A stretch of 50,791 bases of DNA from a virus (taxonomy: Duplodnaviria > Caudoviricetes): positions 1 to 50,791 of IMG/VR virus record IMGVR_UViG_3300028840_000889; one strand, 5' to 3'. Position numbers and translations under genes: made by a program. Positions within the stretch are counted from its first letter, which is position 1, and every line of letters begins with the position of its first letter. Below are positions 18,147-24,899 of this stretch, one piece after another. The notes under the pieces were generated by a model, which saw only the letters and a program-made list of their open reading frames with translations, did not search any database and was not told the DNA's origin.

Positions 18147-18358
18147 CGTACTTCTGCGATTTCAAGATCTTGGACAAGATAATCAATTAGGATTTCGTAA
18201 TTATCAAGAGGATCATCAGAAAAGATAACTCCCTCATTTTGATAAAACTTACGAACTTTTTTGTAAAGTTTGGGATTCTTTACATCAAGATAAAAATCAC
18301 CATTCGCTGCAGCACGAAGTGTTTGAAGATCTTTTTTAAATTTAGAAGTAAGAGTCAT
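18143..18358 (-). CDS. Hypothetical cyanophage protein
   Basis: 71-aa ORF directly downstream of a promoter. Confidence 0.75.
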   Translation of the reverse strand: MTLTSKFKKDLQTLRAAANGDFYLDVKNPKLYKKVRKFYQNEGVIFSDDPLDNYEILIDYLVQDLEIAEVR

Positions 18359-18381
18359 TTGACTTGTTTGTTGACTTTTTT

Positions 18382-18410
18382 ATTATAAGGTATTGGTAGT
18401 TGAAAGTCAA
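18382..18410 (-). promoter_or_regulatory. Sigma70-like early promoter
   Basis: TTGACT-N17-TATAAT. Confidence 0.8.
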
Positions 18411-18435
18411 GAGAGACACTTTCCAAAGTGTCTAA

Positions 18436-18508
18436 TGCTCGTTGTCGGTTACGATCCGACCTGTGCCGATTTATGAGATCGGTGCTTTCACCAGATAGCT
18501 AAACGAGC
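18436..18508 (-). tRNA. tRNA with CAT anticodon (elongator Met or Ile2), atypical T-loop
   Basis: Acceptor GCTCGTT/AACGAGC, anticodon arm CCGAT-CTCATAA-ATCGG, T-arm GTCGG-ATCGTAA-CCGAC. CCA is not encoded. Confidence 0.85.
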
Positions 18509-18511
18509 AAA

Positions 18512-18599
18512 TACGAGTGGGCGGTTACGATCCGCCTCAAAGCCGCTAATCTGGCGGAAAGAGTTTATAAGACTCCTCTGACTACCAAGTCTCACTCGC
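18512..18599 (-). tRNA. Non-canonical tRNA-Ile(TAT) with a long variable arm
   Basis: Acceptor GCGAGTG/CACTCGT, D-arm GACT-TGGT-AGTC, anticodon loop CTTATAA, V-arm CCGC/GCGG, T-arm GGCGG-ATCGTAA-CCGCC. Confidence 0.7.
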
Positions 18600-18647
18600 A
18601 TAAAAGTTGCCTTGAAGCAACTTATAAGTCTCATAGGTTGCCTTGAC

Positions 18648-18830
18648 TTAACAACCTTCTTCGTGATCCGTGTGTATTCGTATCAGGTCGTCTTCTTCCT
18701 CATAAGGAACTAACATAGCATCTCCGTGATCGCTGTGTATAAGAAAAGATTCACCACTTTCGACCTTATCCAAATAAGAATCAAAGTTTTCTTGAAGGTC
18801 CTCAATCGTAATAGTTTTCATAGTTCTCAA
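18648..18830 (-). CDS. Phd/YefM antitoxin-like protein
   Basis: MKTITIEDLQENFDSYLDKVESGESFLIHSDHGDAMLVP matches the Phd/YefM N-terminal pattern, followed by an acidic tail. Confidence 0.6.
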   Translation of the reverse strand: MRTMKTITIEDLQENFDSYLDKVESGESFLIHSDHGDAMLVPYEEEDDLIRIHTDHEEGC

Positions 18831-19012
18831 AAAGGATTAGCATAAACCAGAGTATCATCGTTCAGTTTAGAACGGACAACCTCCAGTACATTTATAAACT
18901 GTTCCACGCTCTTACACTCAACAACACGCTCTCCACCTTCATTAGAATAGAGATAGAACTTACGAGCGAGAGTATCAACAACACAGCGGGTCAGGGTCTC
19001 TTCAGCGGGCAT
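18827..19012 (-). CDS. Hypothetical cyanophage protein
   Basis: 61-aa ORF directly after a promoter. Confidence 0.7.
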   Translation of the reverse strand: MPAEETLTRCVVDTLARKFYLYSNEGGERVVECKSVEQFINVLEVVRSKLNDDTLVYANPF

Positions 19013-19040
19013 TAGGAGCGGTTCGTTTGATTACCTTCGT

Positions 19041-19069
19041 ATTATAGGGCATTCTGGGGCAGGTGTCAA
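19041..19069 (-). promoter_or_regulatory. Consensus sigma70-like promoter
   Basis: TTGACA-N17-TATAAT. Confidence 0.85.
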
Positions 19070-19093
19070 GTGTGCCAGTCGAAAAACTGGTAA

Positions 19094-19165
19094 TCCAGAA
19101 GGTTGGGATCGAACCAACGTCCTCACCGCCCCAAACGGTGCCGTCTACCGCTGACTTACTCCTGG
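19094..19165 (-). tRNA. tRNA-Pro(TGG)
   Basis: Acceptor CCAGGAG/CTTCTGG, anticodon arm CACCG-TTTGGGG-CGGTG, T-arm GTTGG-TTCGATC-CCAAC. Confidence 0.9.
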
Positions 19166-19455
19166 TTATACAATTCCTCATCGTCCTCATATTTAGATGG
19201 TTCCTCAAAAAGTTCTTCCATCTTGAGTTTTTGAATGCGACCATAAAGTTCATTATAGTCGTCAGCTGGCATTTTGTCAAAACTTACAACCATTAGTCCA
19301 TCTCCTCTTTTAACTCCTTTCATTTCTGGGTGCCCCTTAATTTTAGGGTTTTCTCGGTATCCATGACTTTCGTTCATTATCATCCAACCTTGTATCACCA
19401 TAGACATCGCAATCGCAAATAAAATTATAAAAGGTATAAAATAAAGAACTTGCAT
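19156..19455 (-). CDS. DUF2973-like membrane protein
   Basis: N-terminal TM helix and an HPEM...GDGLMVVSF motif. Confidence 0.65.
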   Translation of the reverse strand: MQVLYFIPFIILFAIAMSMVIQGWMIMNESHGYRENPKIKGHPEMKGVKRGDGLMVVSFDKMPADDYNELYGRIQKLKMEELFEEPSKYEDDEELYNQE

Positions 19456-19456
19456 T

Positions 19457-19603
19457 TCATAAAACCCAATGTTTTATCAACCATATCGAATGTATAATAC
19501 CAAAAACAAATAAAGAACCAATAACTCCACTAATTAATCCAACACGAACTTCATGATTTTTTATGGATTCATTTATCATAGATTGAACTTCTTCTTTATT
19601 CAT
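19457..19603 (-). CDS. Small membrane protein (48 aa)
   Basis: MNKEEVQSMINESIKNHEVRVGLISGVIGSLFVFGIIHSIWLIKHWVL, read manually. It fills the gap between ORFs. Confidence 0.6.
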   Translation of the reverse strand: MNKEEVQSMINESIKNHEVRVGLISGVIGSLFVFGIIHSIWLIKHWVL

Positions 19604-19796
19604 TTAAAAAATCCTCATAGATTTTTTTAATTTCTTCATCAACATCATTTAAATCCTGATGAGAAGATTTCCAATTCGAAGATAATAATTTATCTATACA
19701 TCGATACACTTGATTTTTAAGAGGGATTTTCATACGAATAAAAGAACTCAAAAGAAATTGTCTTCTTTGCCATTTTTCATCTTTCATTTTTTCCAT
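19596..19796 (-). CDS. Hypothetical protein
   Basis: 66-aa ORF in a packed operon. Confidence 0.6.
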   Translation of the reverse strand: MEKMKDEKWQRRQFLLSSFIRMKIPLKNQVYRCIDKLLSSNWKSSHQDLNDVDEEIKKIYEDFLNE

Positions 19797-19932
19797 TTAG
19801 ATATTTTTCTAAAGGATCTCTTTTGGTCTTTATGATTTCACATGCTCTTTTATAAAACATATTATCTAGATTGCCGGATTCTTCAAATGTTTTTTTGATC
19901 TTTACCCAATTATCATAGGTATGTTGATCCAT
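19777..19932 (-). CDS. Hypothetical cyanophage protein (51 aa)
   Basis: MDQHTYDNWVKIKKTFEESGNLDNMFYKRACEIIKTKRDPL..., read manually. Confidence 0.65.
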   Translation of the reverse strand: MDQHTYDNWVKIKKTFEESGNLDNMFYKRACEIIKTKRDPLEKYLNGKNER

Positions 19933-20018
19933 GAAGTTTTTAACTGTAATATTAATAATTTATCTTAAAGACAATATTGACTTTAATTTTTATGTGTGGA
20001 TTTTATAACACAAAACAT

Positions 20019-20279
20019 TCAACGAATCTCAAAGTCTAAACGGCGAACTTTACGTTGTCTTCTGGATTCTTGCCAGGCAATATCGTCATTTGTGAGAATA
20101 TTATTATTTTTTTTCGAATTTGGTGTATTTAACATTACTATATTATTTAAATCAAGTGCAGTGATTTTAGTGTTGTTTACTATAGTTGCCATATTAAAAC
20201 ATCCACAAGAAACTGTTTTTGATGAGCGACCCTCTAGTTCTCTATTACAAGATTTACACCTAATTCGTAAGTTTTCCAT
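20019..20279 (-). CDS. Hypothetical Zn-binding protein
   Basis: CKSC...CGC motifs, with a late promoter TATAAATA at 20302-20309. Confidence 0.7.
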   Translation of the reverse strand: MENLRIRCKSCNRELEGRSSKTVSCGCFNMATIVNNTKITALDLNNIVMLNTPNSKKNNNILTNDDIAWQESRRQRKVRRLDFEIR

Positions 20280-20318
20280 GATATTTTCATATTTCTTTGG
20301 GTATTTATATGTTAAAAA

Positions 20319-20390
20319 AGCGGATGAAGAGTGCCGCCCTCTCTACCTGAGGTTTGGAAAACCCCCGCTCTGCTGTTGAGCTACATCCGC
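20319..20390 (-). tRNA. tRNA-Gly(TCC) with non-canonical D- and T-loops
   Basis: Acceptor GCGGATG/CATCCGC plus U73, anticodon arm GGGGT-TTTCCAA-ACCTC, T-loop GGCGGCA, D-loop AACAGCA. Confidence 0.75.
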
Positions 20391-20400
20391 ATATGAGACA

Positions 20401-20429
20401 ATTATAAACTATTTAAGTTTGATTGTCAA
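20401..20429 (-). promoter_or_regulatory. Consensus sigma70-like promoter of tRNA-Gly
   Basis: TTGACA-N17-TATAAT. Confidence 0.85.
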
Positions 20430-20432
20430 GTG

Positions 20433-20489
20433 TGATGGAGTAAGTGTGATATACCTCATAAGGATATAACAGGGACTTACTCTCTATCA
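20433..20489 (-). ncRNA. Candidate small hairpin RNA with its own promoter
   Basis: Outer stem TGAT..GAGTAAGT/ACTTACTC..ATCA and inner TATA.CCT-TATG-AGG.TATA. Promoter TTGACA-N18-TAATAT lies at 20496-20525. Confidence 0.45.
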
Positions 20490-20521
20490 GTTTATATATT
20501 ACACCATTTCTGGGATGGTTG

Positions 20522-21271
20522 TCAAGTAATTATGTGTTCTCTATAAACTTTGTATCCCTTATGATGACTCCTTTTACCCTTTACGACCTGATACATATTG
20601 GTTTGTTGTAAATTATTTCTATCACAATAATCAAGAAGATATTTTGTCCTTACTATTTCTCCTTCTGGAGTAGTTATAATATAGTAATAACTTATACTAT
20701 CATCATTTTTTGATATCCTACCTTTTCTAAATCCTTCCGGTATTAATTCCGCTTTGTTTATCCTGCAGGTTCCTTCCTTAGTTCCATTAGTAATCCACAT
20801 TTTACCATACTGTGAATTACTTTCTCCTTGCTGGTGATTTATTTCTTTCAGTTTTTCCTTTTGTTTTCTCCTTGCTTCTGGTGTTCTTGCTGCTTCTACT
20901 GCCAAAGGTTGATAAATCTTTATTTTTTCAATATGCTTTTCTTTATTTTTATTCCAACTTTTAATTTGTTTTTGTCTAATTTCTTTTTCTAATTGCGGAT
21001 TATTTTTTAACTTTTCTTGTAGTCTATCATTTCCAATTTTACCAAATATTTTTTGCTTTTCAACAATAAACTCTGCTTCACTTATTTGTCCCGATAATCC
21101 TCTCCACGCTACATAATCTTCCATATTATTCCACAACTGATAGTTACAATAATGAAACATAGCGTGTTGTGCTATTGTAACTTCTACAAGATTTTCCTCA
21201 CCATCAGCACCTCCCATATATCTTGGGATAATATGATGCTTATGTATTAAGGGACTTTTGGAGCAGTCCAT
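20522..21271 (-). CDS. Free-standing HNH homing endonuclease
   Basis: HKHHIIPRYMGG...NLVEVTIAQHAMFH, GESNSQYGKMWITNG, and a C-terminal DNA-binding module. Confidence 0.87.
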   Translation of the reverse strand: MDCSKSPLIHKHHIIPRYMGGADGEENLVEVTIAQHAMFHYCNYQLWNNMEDYVAWRGLSGQISEAEFIVEKQKIFGKIGNDRLQEKLKNNPQLEKEIRQKQIKSWNKNKEKHIEKIKIYQPLAVEAARTPEARRKQKEKLKEINHQQGESNSQYGKMWITNGTKEGTCRINKAELIPEGFRKGRISKNDDSISYYYIITTPEGEIVRTKYLLDYCDRNNLQQTNMYQVVKGKRSHHKGYKVYREHIIT

Positions 21272-21284
21272 ATCTTATTCTCCG

Positions 21285-21378
21285 TAGTTGATTGGCATTA
21301 TTATTTATACAAGAAAAGGAGCATTTCTGCTCCTCTCCTACCTTAAAGACGCCAATCAACTAAGGCACCATTATTTAG
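21285..21378 (-). promoter_or_regulatory. Endonuclease control cassette: 12-bp inverted repeat enclosing a terminator hairpin and a late promoter
   Basis: TAGTTGATTGGC (21285-21296) pairs with GCCAATCAACTA (21351-21362). Between them lie the hairpin GGAGCA-GAAA-TGCTCC-TTTT and TATAAATA (21302-21309). Confidence 0.65.
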
Positions 21379-21385
21379 TTGTTAA

Positions 21386-21461
21386 CGAGGACGGAAAGAT
21401 TCGAACTTTCGGCCGACGGGGTAGAAACCCGCTGCTCTTAATTCCACTGAGCTACGTCCCC
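21386..21461 (-). tRNA. tRNA-Arg(TCT)
   Basis: Acceptor GGGGACG/CGTCCTC, anticodon arm GCGGG-TTTCTAC-CCCGT, canonical TTCGAAT T-loop. Confidence 0.92.
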
Positions 21462-21718
21462 AAGAGACCCTCAGGTTTGTGCGTCACTTCATAATACTCA
21501 ACGCATCTAGAATTGCCAAGTATTATTTTGTTGAAGGATAGGCATAGAGGGTCGTAATAGATAATGCAGGTGAGGTATCATCCCGCAGGCGTTCCCATTC
21601 TCCTTTTGCTTTCCTTACCTTATCTACAACAGGGGCGATCAACTCCCTGACCTAAGAAACTTAGGATTTAGAAGAAGACCCGGACATTTCCAGACCTTCT
21701 CTGCGGTCTCTCAACCAC
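21462..21718 (-). ncRNA. Candidate multi-domain structured RNA upstream of tRNA-Arg
   Basis: GC-enriched, with no credible ORF on the minus strand and many stems (see findings). It directly follows a promoter. Confidence 0.55.
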
Positions 21719-21724
21719 CCTCAT

Positions 21725-21753
21725 AGAATAGCACCCAGAACCCGTGCTGTCAA
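21725..21753 (-). promoter_or_regulatory. Sigma70-like promoter for the ncRNA/tRNA-Arg transcript
   Basis: TTGACA-N17-TATTCT. Confidence 0.8.
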
Positions 21754-21938
21754 TCCTTTGCTTCCTTGCGAGCGTTTTTCTCTTCGGTAATCTCGCCTCT
21801 GCGGGTCTTTACGAGTTTTGACATTTCCTGAAGTGCCTTGCGAGCACGAGTTCCGGCGGCATTATTACCAGCGGAGAACTTTTCGTCTTCTACTTTCCAT
21901 GCTTCAACAGCGTTCAGTAGTTCTTGTGATGTAGTCAT
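21750..21938 (-). CDS. Histone H1-like (Hc1 family) small protein
   Basis: GNNAAGTRARKAL signature. Confidence 0.75.
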   Translation of the reverse strand: MTTSQELLNAVEAWKVEDEKFSAGNNAAGTRARKALQEMSKLVKTRRGEITEEKNARKEAKD

Positions 21939-21983
21939 AATGATTTCCAAAATAAAATAGGATATGTTTATATAGGTTAAAAA

Positions 21984-22478
21984 TTACTCAAAGGGTATTT
22001 CACGAGGGTCTGGAGCAACCCACGCACCACGAATACCCATGGTTCCGTCAGCAAACTCATAATAAATTGCGTTTTGTACGATAAGTTTTTGTAGAGTATC
22101 ATACTTTGGTTTATTGATTTCTTCCAAAATATTTTTATTTTTCATATTAATTACACGATTTTTTTGTTCTTCTATTTCGTAAGATATAATCGCATAATCA
22201 ACTTCGTTTTCTATTTTTTGTTGTAGAAGTTTTGGATCCCGATTAATAAGATTGTTGAGTTGATTATCAACCTCATCAATTATATTATCAGGCAAATCCC
22301 ACTTTATAAGTTTTCGGAGTTCGTTATAATACTTTAGAATATCTTTTTCTGAAATATCACATTTTACCGTTAGAAAAGCGAGAAATGATGCTATCGCCAC
22401 AGCAACTATAGACGCCTTTCTAGATATTTTTAGATTAAATAAAACTAAAAAATTAGGTCTTTTTTTCATAATCTTCAA
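21984..22478 (-). CDS. Hypothetical membrane-anchored protein
   Basis: 164-aa ORF with a hydrophobic segment near the N-terminus. Confidence 0.65.
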   Translation of the reverse strand: MKIMKKRPNFLVLFNLKISRKASIVAVAIASFLAFLTVKCDISEKDILKYYNELRKLIKWDLPDNIIDEVDNQLNNLINRDPKLLQQKIENEVDYAIISYEIEEQKNRVINMKNKNILEEINKPKYDTLQKLIVQNAIYYEFADGTMGIRGAWVAPDPREIPFE

Positions 22479-22743
22479 TTAATTGGTTGACTATTCTTTT
22501 AATTCTATAATCTAATAATTCACCATCTTTAATAATGTAATCATTTAGGACATCAATTCCAAGTTTTAATTGAAGAACATCAACGAAATTAAAGAGTTTT
22601 TCTTTTTTTACTCCCGGAACAAGAGAAATCAAATCAATTGAACCTTTGAGTAAAAGACCCACTTTTACATAGTGAAAAATATCATATCTTTTTTTACCGT
22701 AGTGAAACTTATGCTCTTTCCCAAAAATCATCAATAGCATCAT
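22453..22743 (-). CDS. Hypothetical protein
   Basis: ORF overlapping its neighbours in an operon; start uncertain. Confidence 0.55.
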   Translation of the reverse strand: MMLLMIFGKEHKFHYGKKRYDIFHYVKVGLLLKGSIDLISLVPGVKKEKLFNFVDVLQLKLGIDVLNDYIIKDGELLDYRIKRIVNQLIEDYEKKT

Positions 22744-23005
22744 CTACTAGTTTATTAATATGTATATTATCTATGTTATTTTTTGGTTCTTCTAATTTTT
22801 TTGTATCAAATGTGAGAGTGGGTGTGATGTTTCCATTCTCTTCTACTTTGATTTTTGTACCGAATATTGTTCCATCTGGTTGAAATTCTACCGAGTTATG
22901 GGAATTAAGTTTTATCTCTCCCAAGTTAGTGTCAACTTTAAGATATTCTACTTTTGATGCAATATCTATAATTTTTTCTGGTTCTTGTGGAAGATTTTTT
23001 GACAT
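22709..23005 (-). CDS. Hypothetical protein
   Basis: ORF after an AATAAATA late-like promoter; likely start is ATG 23005. Confidence 0.6.
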   Translation of the reverse strand: MSKNLPQEPEKIIDIASKVEYLKVDTNLGEIKLNSHNSVEFQPDGTIFGTKIKVEENGNITPTLTFDTKKLEEPKNNIDNIHINKLVDDAIDDFWERA

Positions 23006-23055
23006 AAAAAAGAGGAGTATAGAACTCCTCAATATTTATTTAATTATATCTATTA

Positions 23056-23697
23056 TCAAACTGAAGTAGTAATCAGTCTCTTTGAGTAATCATAAGCATA
23101 GTCAGTTCTTGCTCCATGATCGCCCCAACGTATCCACTTTCTAGCAAGTTTCATATATTGATGAATGGTCTTACCAGGTGTTTTCATATAAGGTTCAATC
23201 ATCTTCCAATCACCCTCATACAACATATAATCAAGTTGTGTATCAAGTGAGGAAGGATTGGCACCAATACGAGCAGCATGTTTTCCTAATCCATAAAAAC
23301 GAGGAGCATTAGTCCATTGGATTAAACCATACCCTCCACCGCAATTAAGATAAGATACTCTAGCACCACCCTCACATACGTTAGGTGTGAAGGTAGATTC
23401 TTGGCGAATATTACCCATAATGGTCGCTAGGGCATTTTTGTCAGTAACTCCACGATCCTGAAGAAAGTCCAGAGTTCGTGATTCATTATGATTACATCCT
23501 TTACAAATTAATCGTTTTACTTTAGGTTTCTCGGGAACAACCTCTTTGGTCTCTGTCTCTTGAGTAGGCGCTTCTGGAACAATCGCAAATGGTGGTTGTA
23601 CTGAAGATGTTGCCATACTCGGTGCTGGCAGTGTTGCCGCTGATGTTGCAACCGCACCTAAAAGAGCTACGGTCACATTTGTTAGGTTTTTAAGCAT
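23056..23697 (-). CDS. Secreted phage-tail-lysozyme-like muramidase
   Basis: Signal peptide, Pro-rich linker, ALATIMGNIRQES, GYGLIQWT and QLDY. Confidence 0.8.
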   Translation of the reverse strand: MLKNLTNVTVALLGAVATSAATLPAPSMATSSVQPPFAIVPEAPTQETETKEVVPEKPKVKRLICKGCNHNESRTLDFLQDRGVTDKNALATIMGNIRQESTFTPNVCEGGARVSYLNCGGGYGLIQWTNAPRFYGLGKHAARIGANPSSLDTQLDYMLYEGDWKMIEPYMKTPGKTIHQYMKLARKWIRWGDHGARTDYAYDYSKRLITTSV

Positions 23698-23830
23698 TTA
23701 GTTTAATTGAATTCGGCATCCGTATAAAAGGGGGGTATACCAACCCTCTCGGGAGGCACCTTCCACGGCTCTAGTTTTCAAGTCAAAGACTCATTACGAA
23801 AAAACCCACTTTTAGAAGTGGGTTTGAGAC

Positions 23831-23859
23831 ATTATATGCGATTATTTAGGTTTTGTCAA
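23831..23859 (-). promoter_or_regulatory. Consensus sigma70-like promoter upstream of the lysozyme leader
   Basis: TTGACA-N17-TATAAT. Confidence 0.8.
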
Positions 23860-24212
23860 GAGGTTGGAGTTTTTACGTCCATCTCTTCTTCATCAGTCCA
23901 CCCCTTTTCTTCCAAACAAAGATATTCGAGTTCTTCTACTCCTTCCGGTATATTAATCCACTCATCAAACTCAGCAGCAAGTGCCTTTGCATTTCTATGG
24001 CGATCTGCATCATGAAGTAACTCGATTTTTCCAATTACCCAGTCTCGAACTTGCACTACTGATTCACTCTCAATCTGCGTTCCCACAATAATCTCCTCAT
24101 GGATTGTTTCATTTTCTATCCTTTCCGGAATTAAAGGATACTCATATTTTACTGCATTCTTTTCTTTTGTCAAGTAGGTAATGAGTTTTTTGATTGCCTT
24201 AAAGAGTTCCAT
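23856..24212 (-). CDS. Hypothetical acidic protein
   Basis: Long ORF; likely start is ATG 24212. Confidence 0.65.
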   Translation of the reverse strand: MELFKAIKKLITYLTKEKNAVKYEYPLIPERIENETIHEEIIVGTQIESESVVQVRDWVIGKIELLHDADRHRNAKALAAEFDEWINIPEGVEELEYLCLEEKGWTDEEEMDVKTPTS

Positions 24213-24286
24213 AAAAATTTTAACCGGTATAACCATAATACCATATATATCAAGGCATACATAGTCATATCAGAATTATTAATGAA

Positions 24287-24709
24287 ATGACTTGGAAATA
24301 TAATCAAAAAGATTTTACGGAAACTCCAAAGGATATGGAGGGGTTTGTTTATCTTATTATTAATTTGACAAACGATAAAAAATATATCGGAAAAAAGAAT
24401 TTTTGGACCAGACAAAAAGATAAAAAAACTGGAAGAAGAAGAAAAAAAGAAGGTGATTGGGTAAAATACTTTGGATCATGTGATGAACTTGTTAAAGATG
24501 TTAAAATACTAGGCGAAGATAAGTTTTCAAGAGAAATCTTGCATTTATGTCCTCATAAAAAATCTATGAGTTTTTATGAAACTATGGAGCAGTTTAAACG
24601 GGACGTAATTTTTAATAACAATTATTACAATACAAATATAGAAGGTAAATTTTTTAGTAGTGAAGTAGAAAGAATTTATAATCTAGTAGAACACTCTTTA
24701 TATAATTAA
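24287..24709 (+). CDS. GIY-YIG family nuclease (short, T4-like phage type)
   Basis: GFVYLIINLTNDKKYIGKK...YFGS...E...YYN. Confidence 0.8.
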   Translation: MTWKYNQKDFTETPKDMEGFVYLIINLTNDKKYIGKKNFWTRQKDKKTGRRRKKEGDWVKYFGSCDELVKDVKILGEDKFSREILHLCPHKKSMSFYETMEQFKRDVIFNNNYYNTNIEGKFFSSEVERIYNLVEHSLYN

Positions 24710-24728
24710 AAAATAGTAATTAAACTTA

Positions 24729-24899
24729 TTATCCCAGTTTACTAGGGATTATGCTTTTACCATTCAACCAAATATAAGAATAGTCGTGATCTCCAAAAAG
24801 AAAATCATCATATTCGGCAGCATCTTTATAGGCATTCAATATTTCTTCTTCGCACCATTCATCATAATTTGAATCTTGTAGAATGATTTTGGGATTCAC
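24729..24899 (-). CDS. Hypothetical acidic protein (56 aa)
   Basis: GTGA overlap with the nrdB stop; read manually. Confidence 0.5.
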   Translation of the reverse strand: MNPKIILQDSNYDEWCEEEILNAYKDAAEYDDFLFGDHDYSYIWLNGKSIIPSKLG

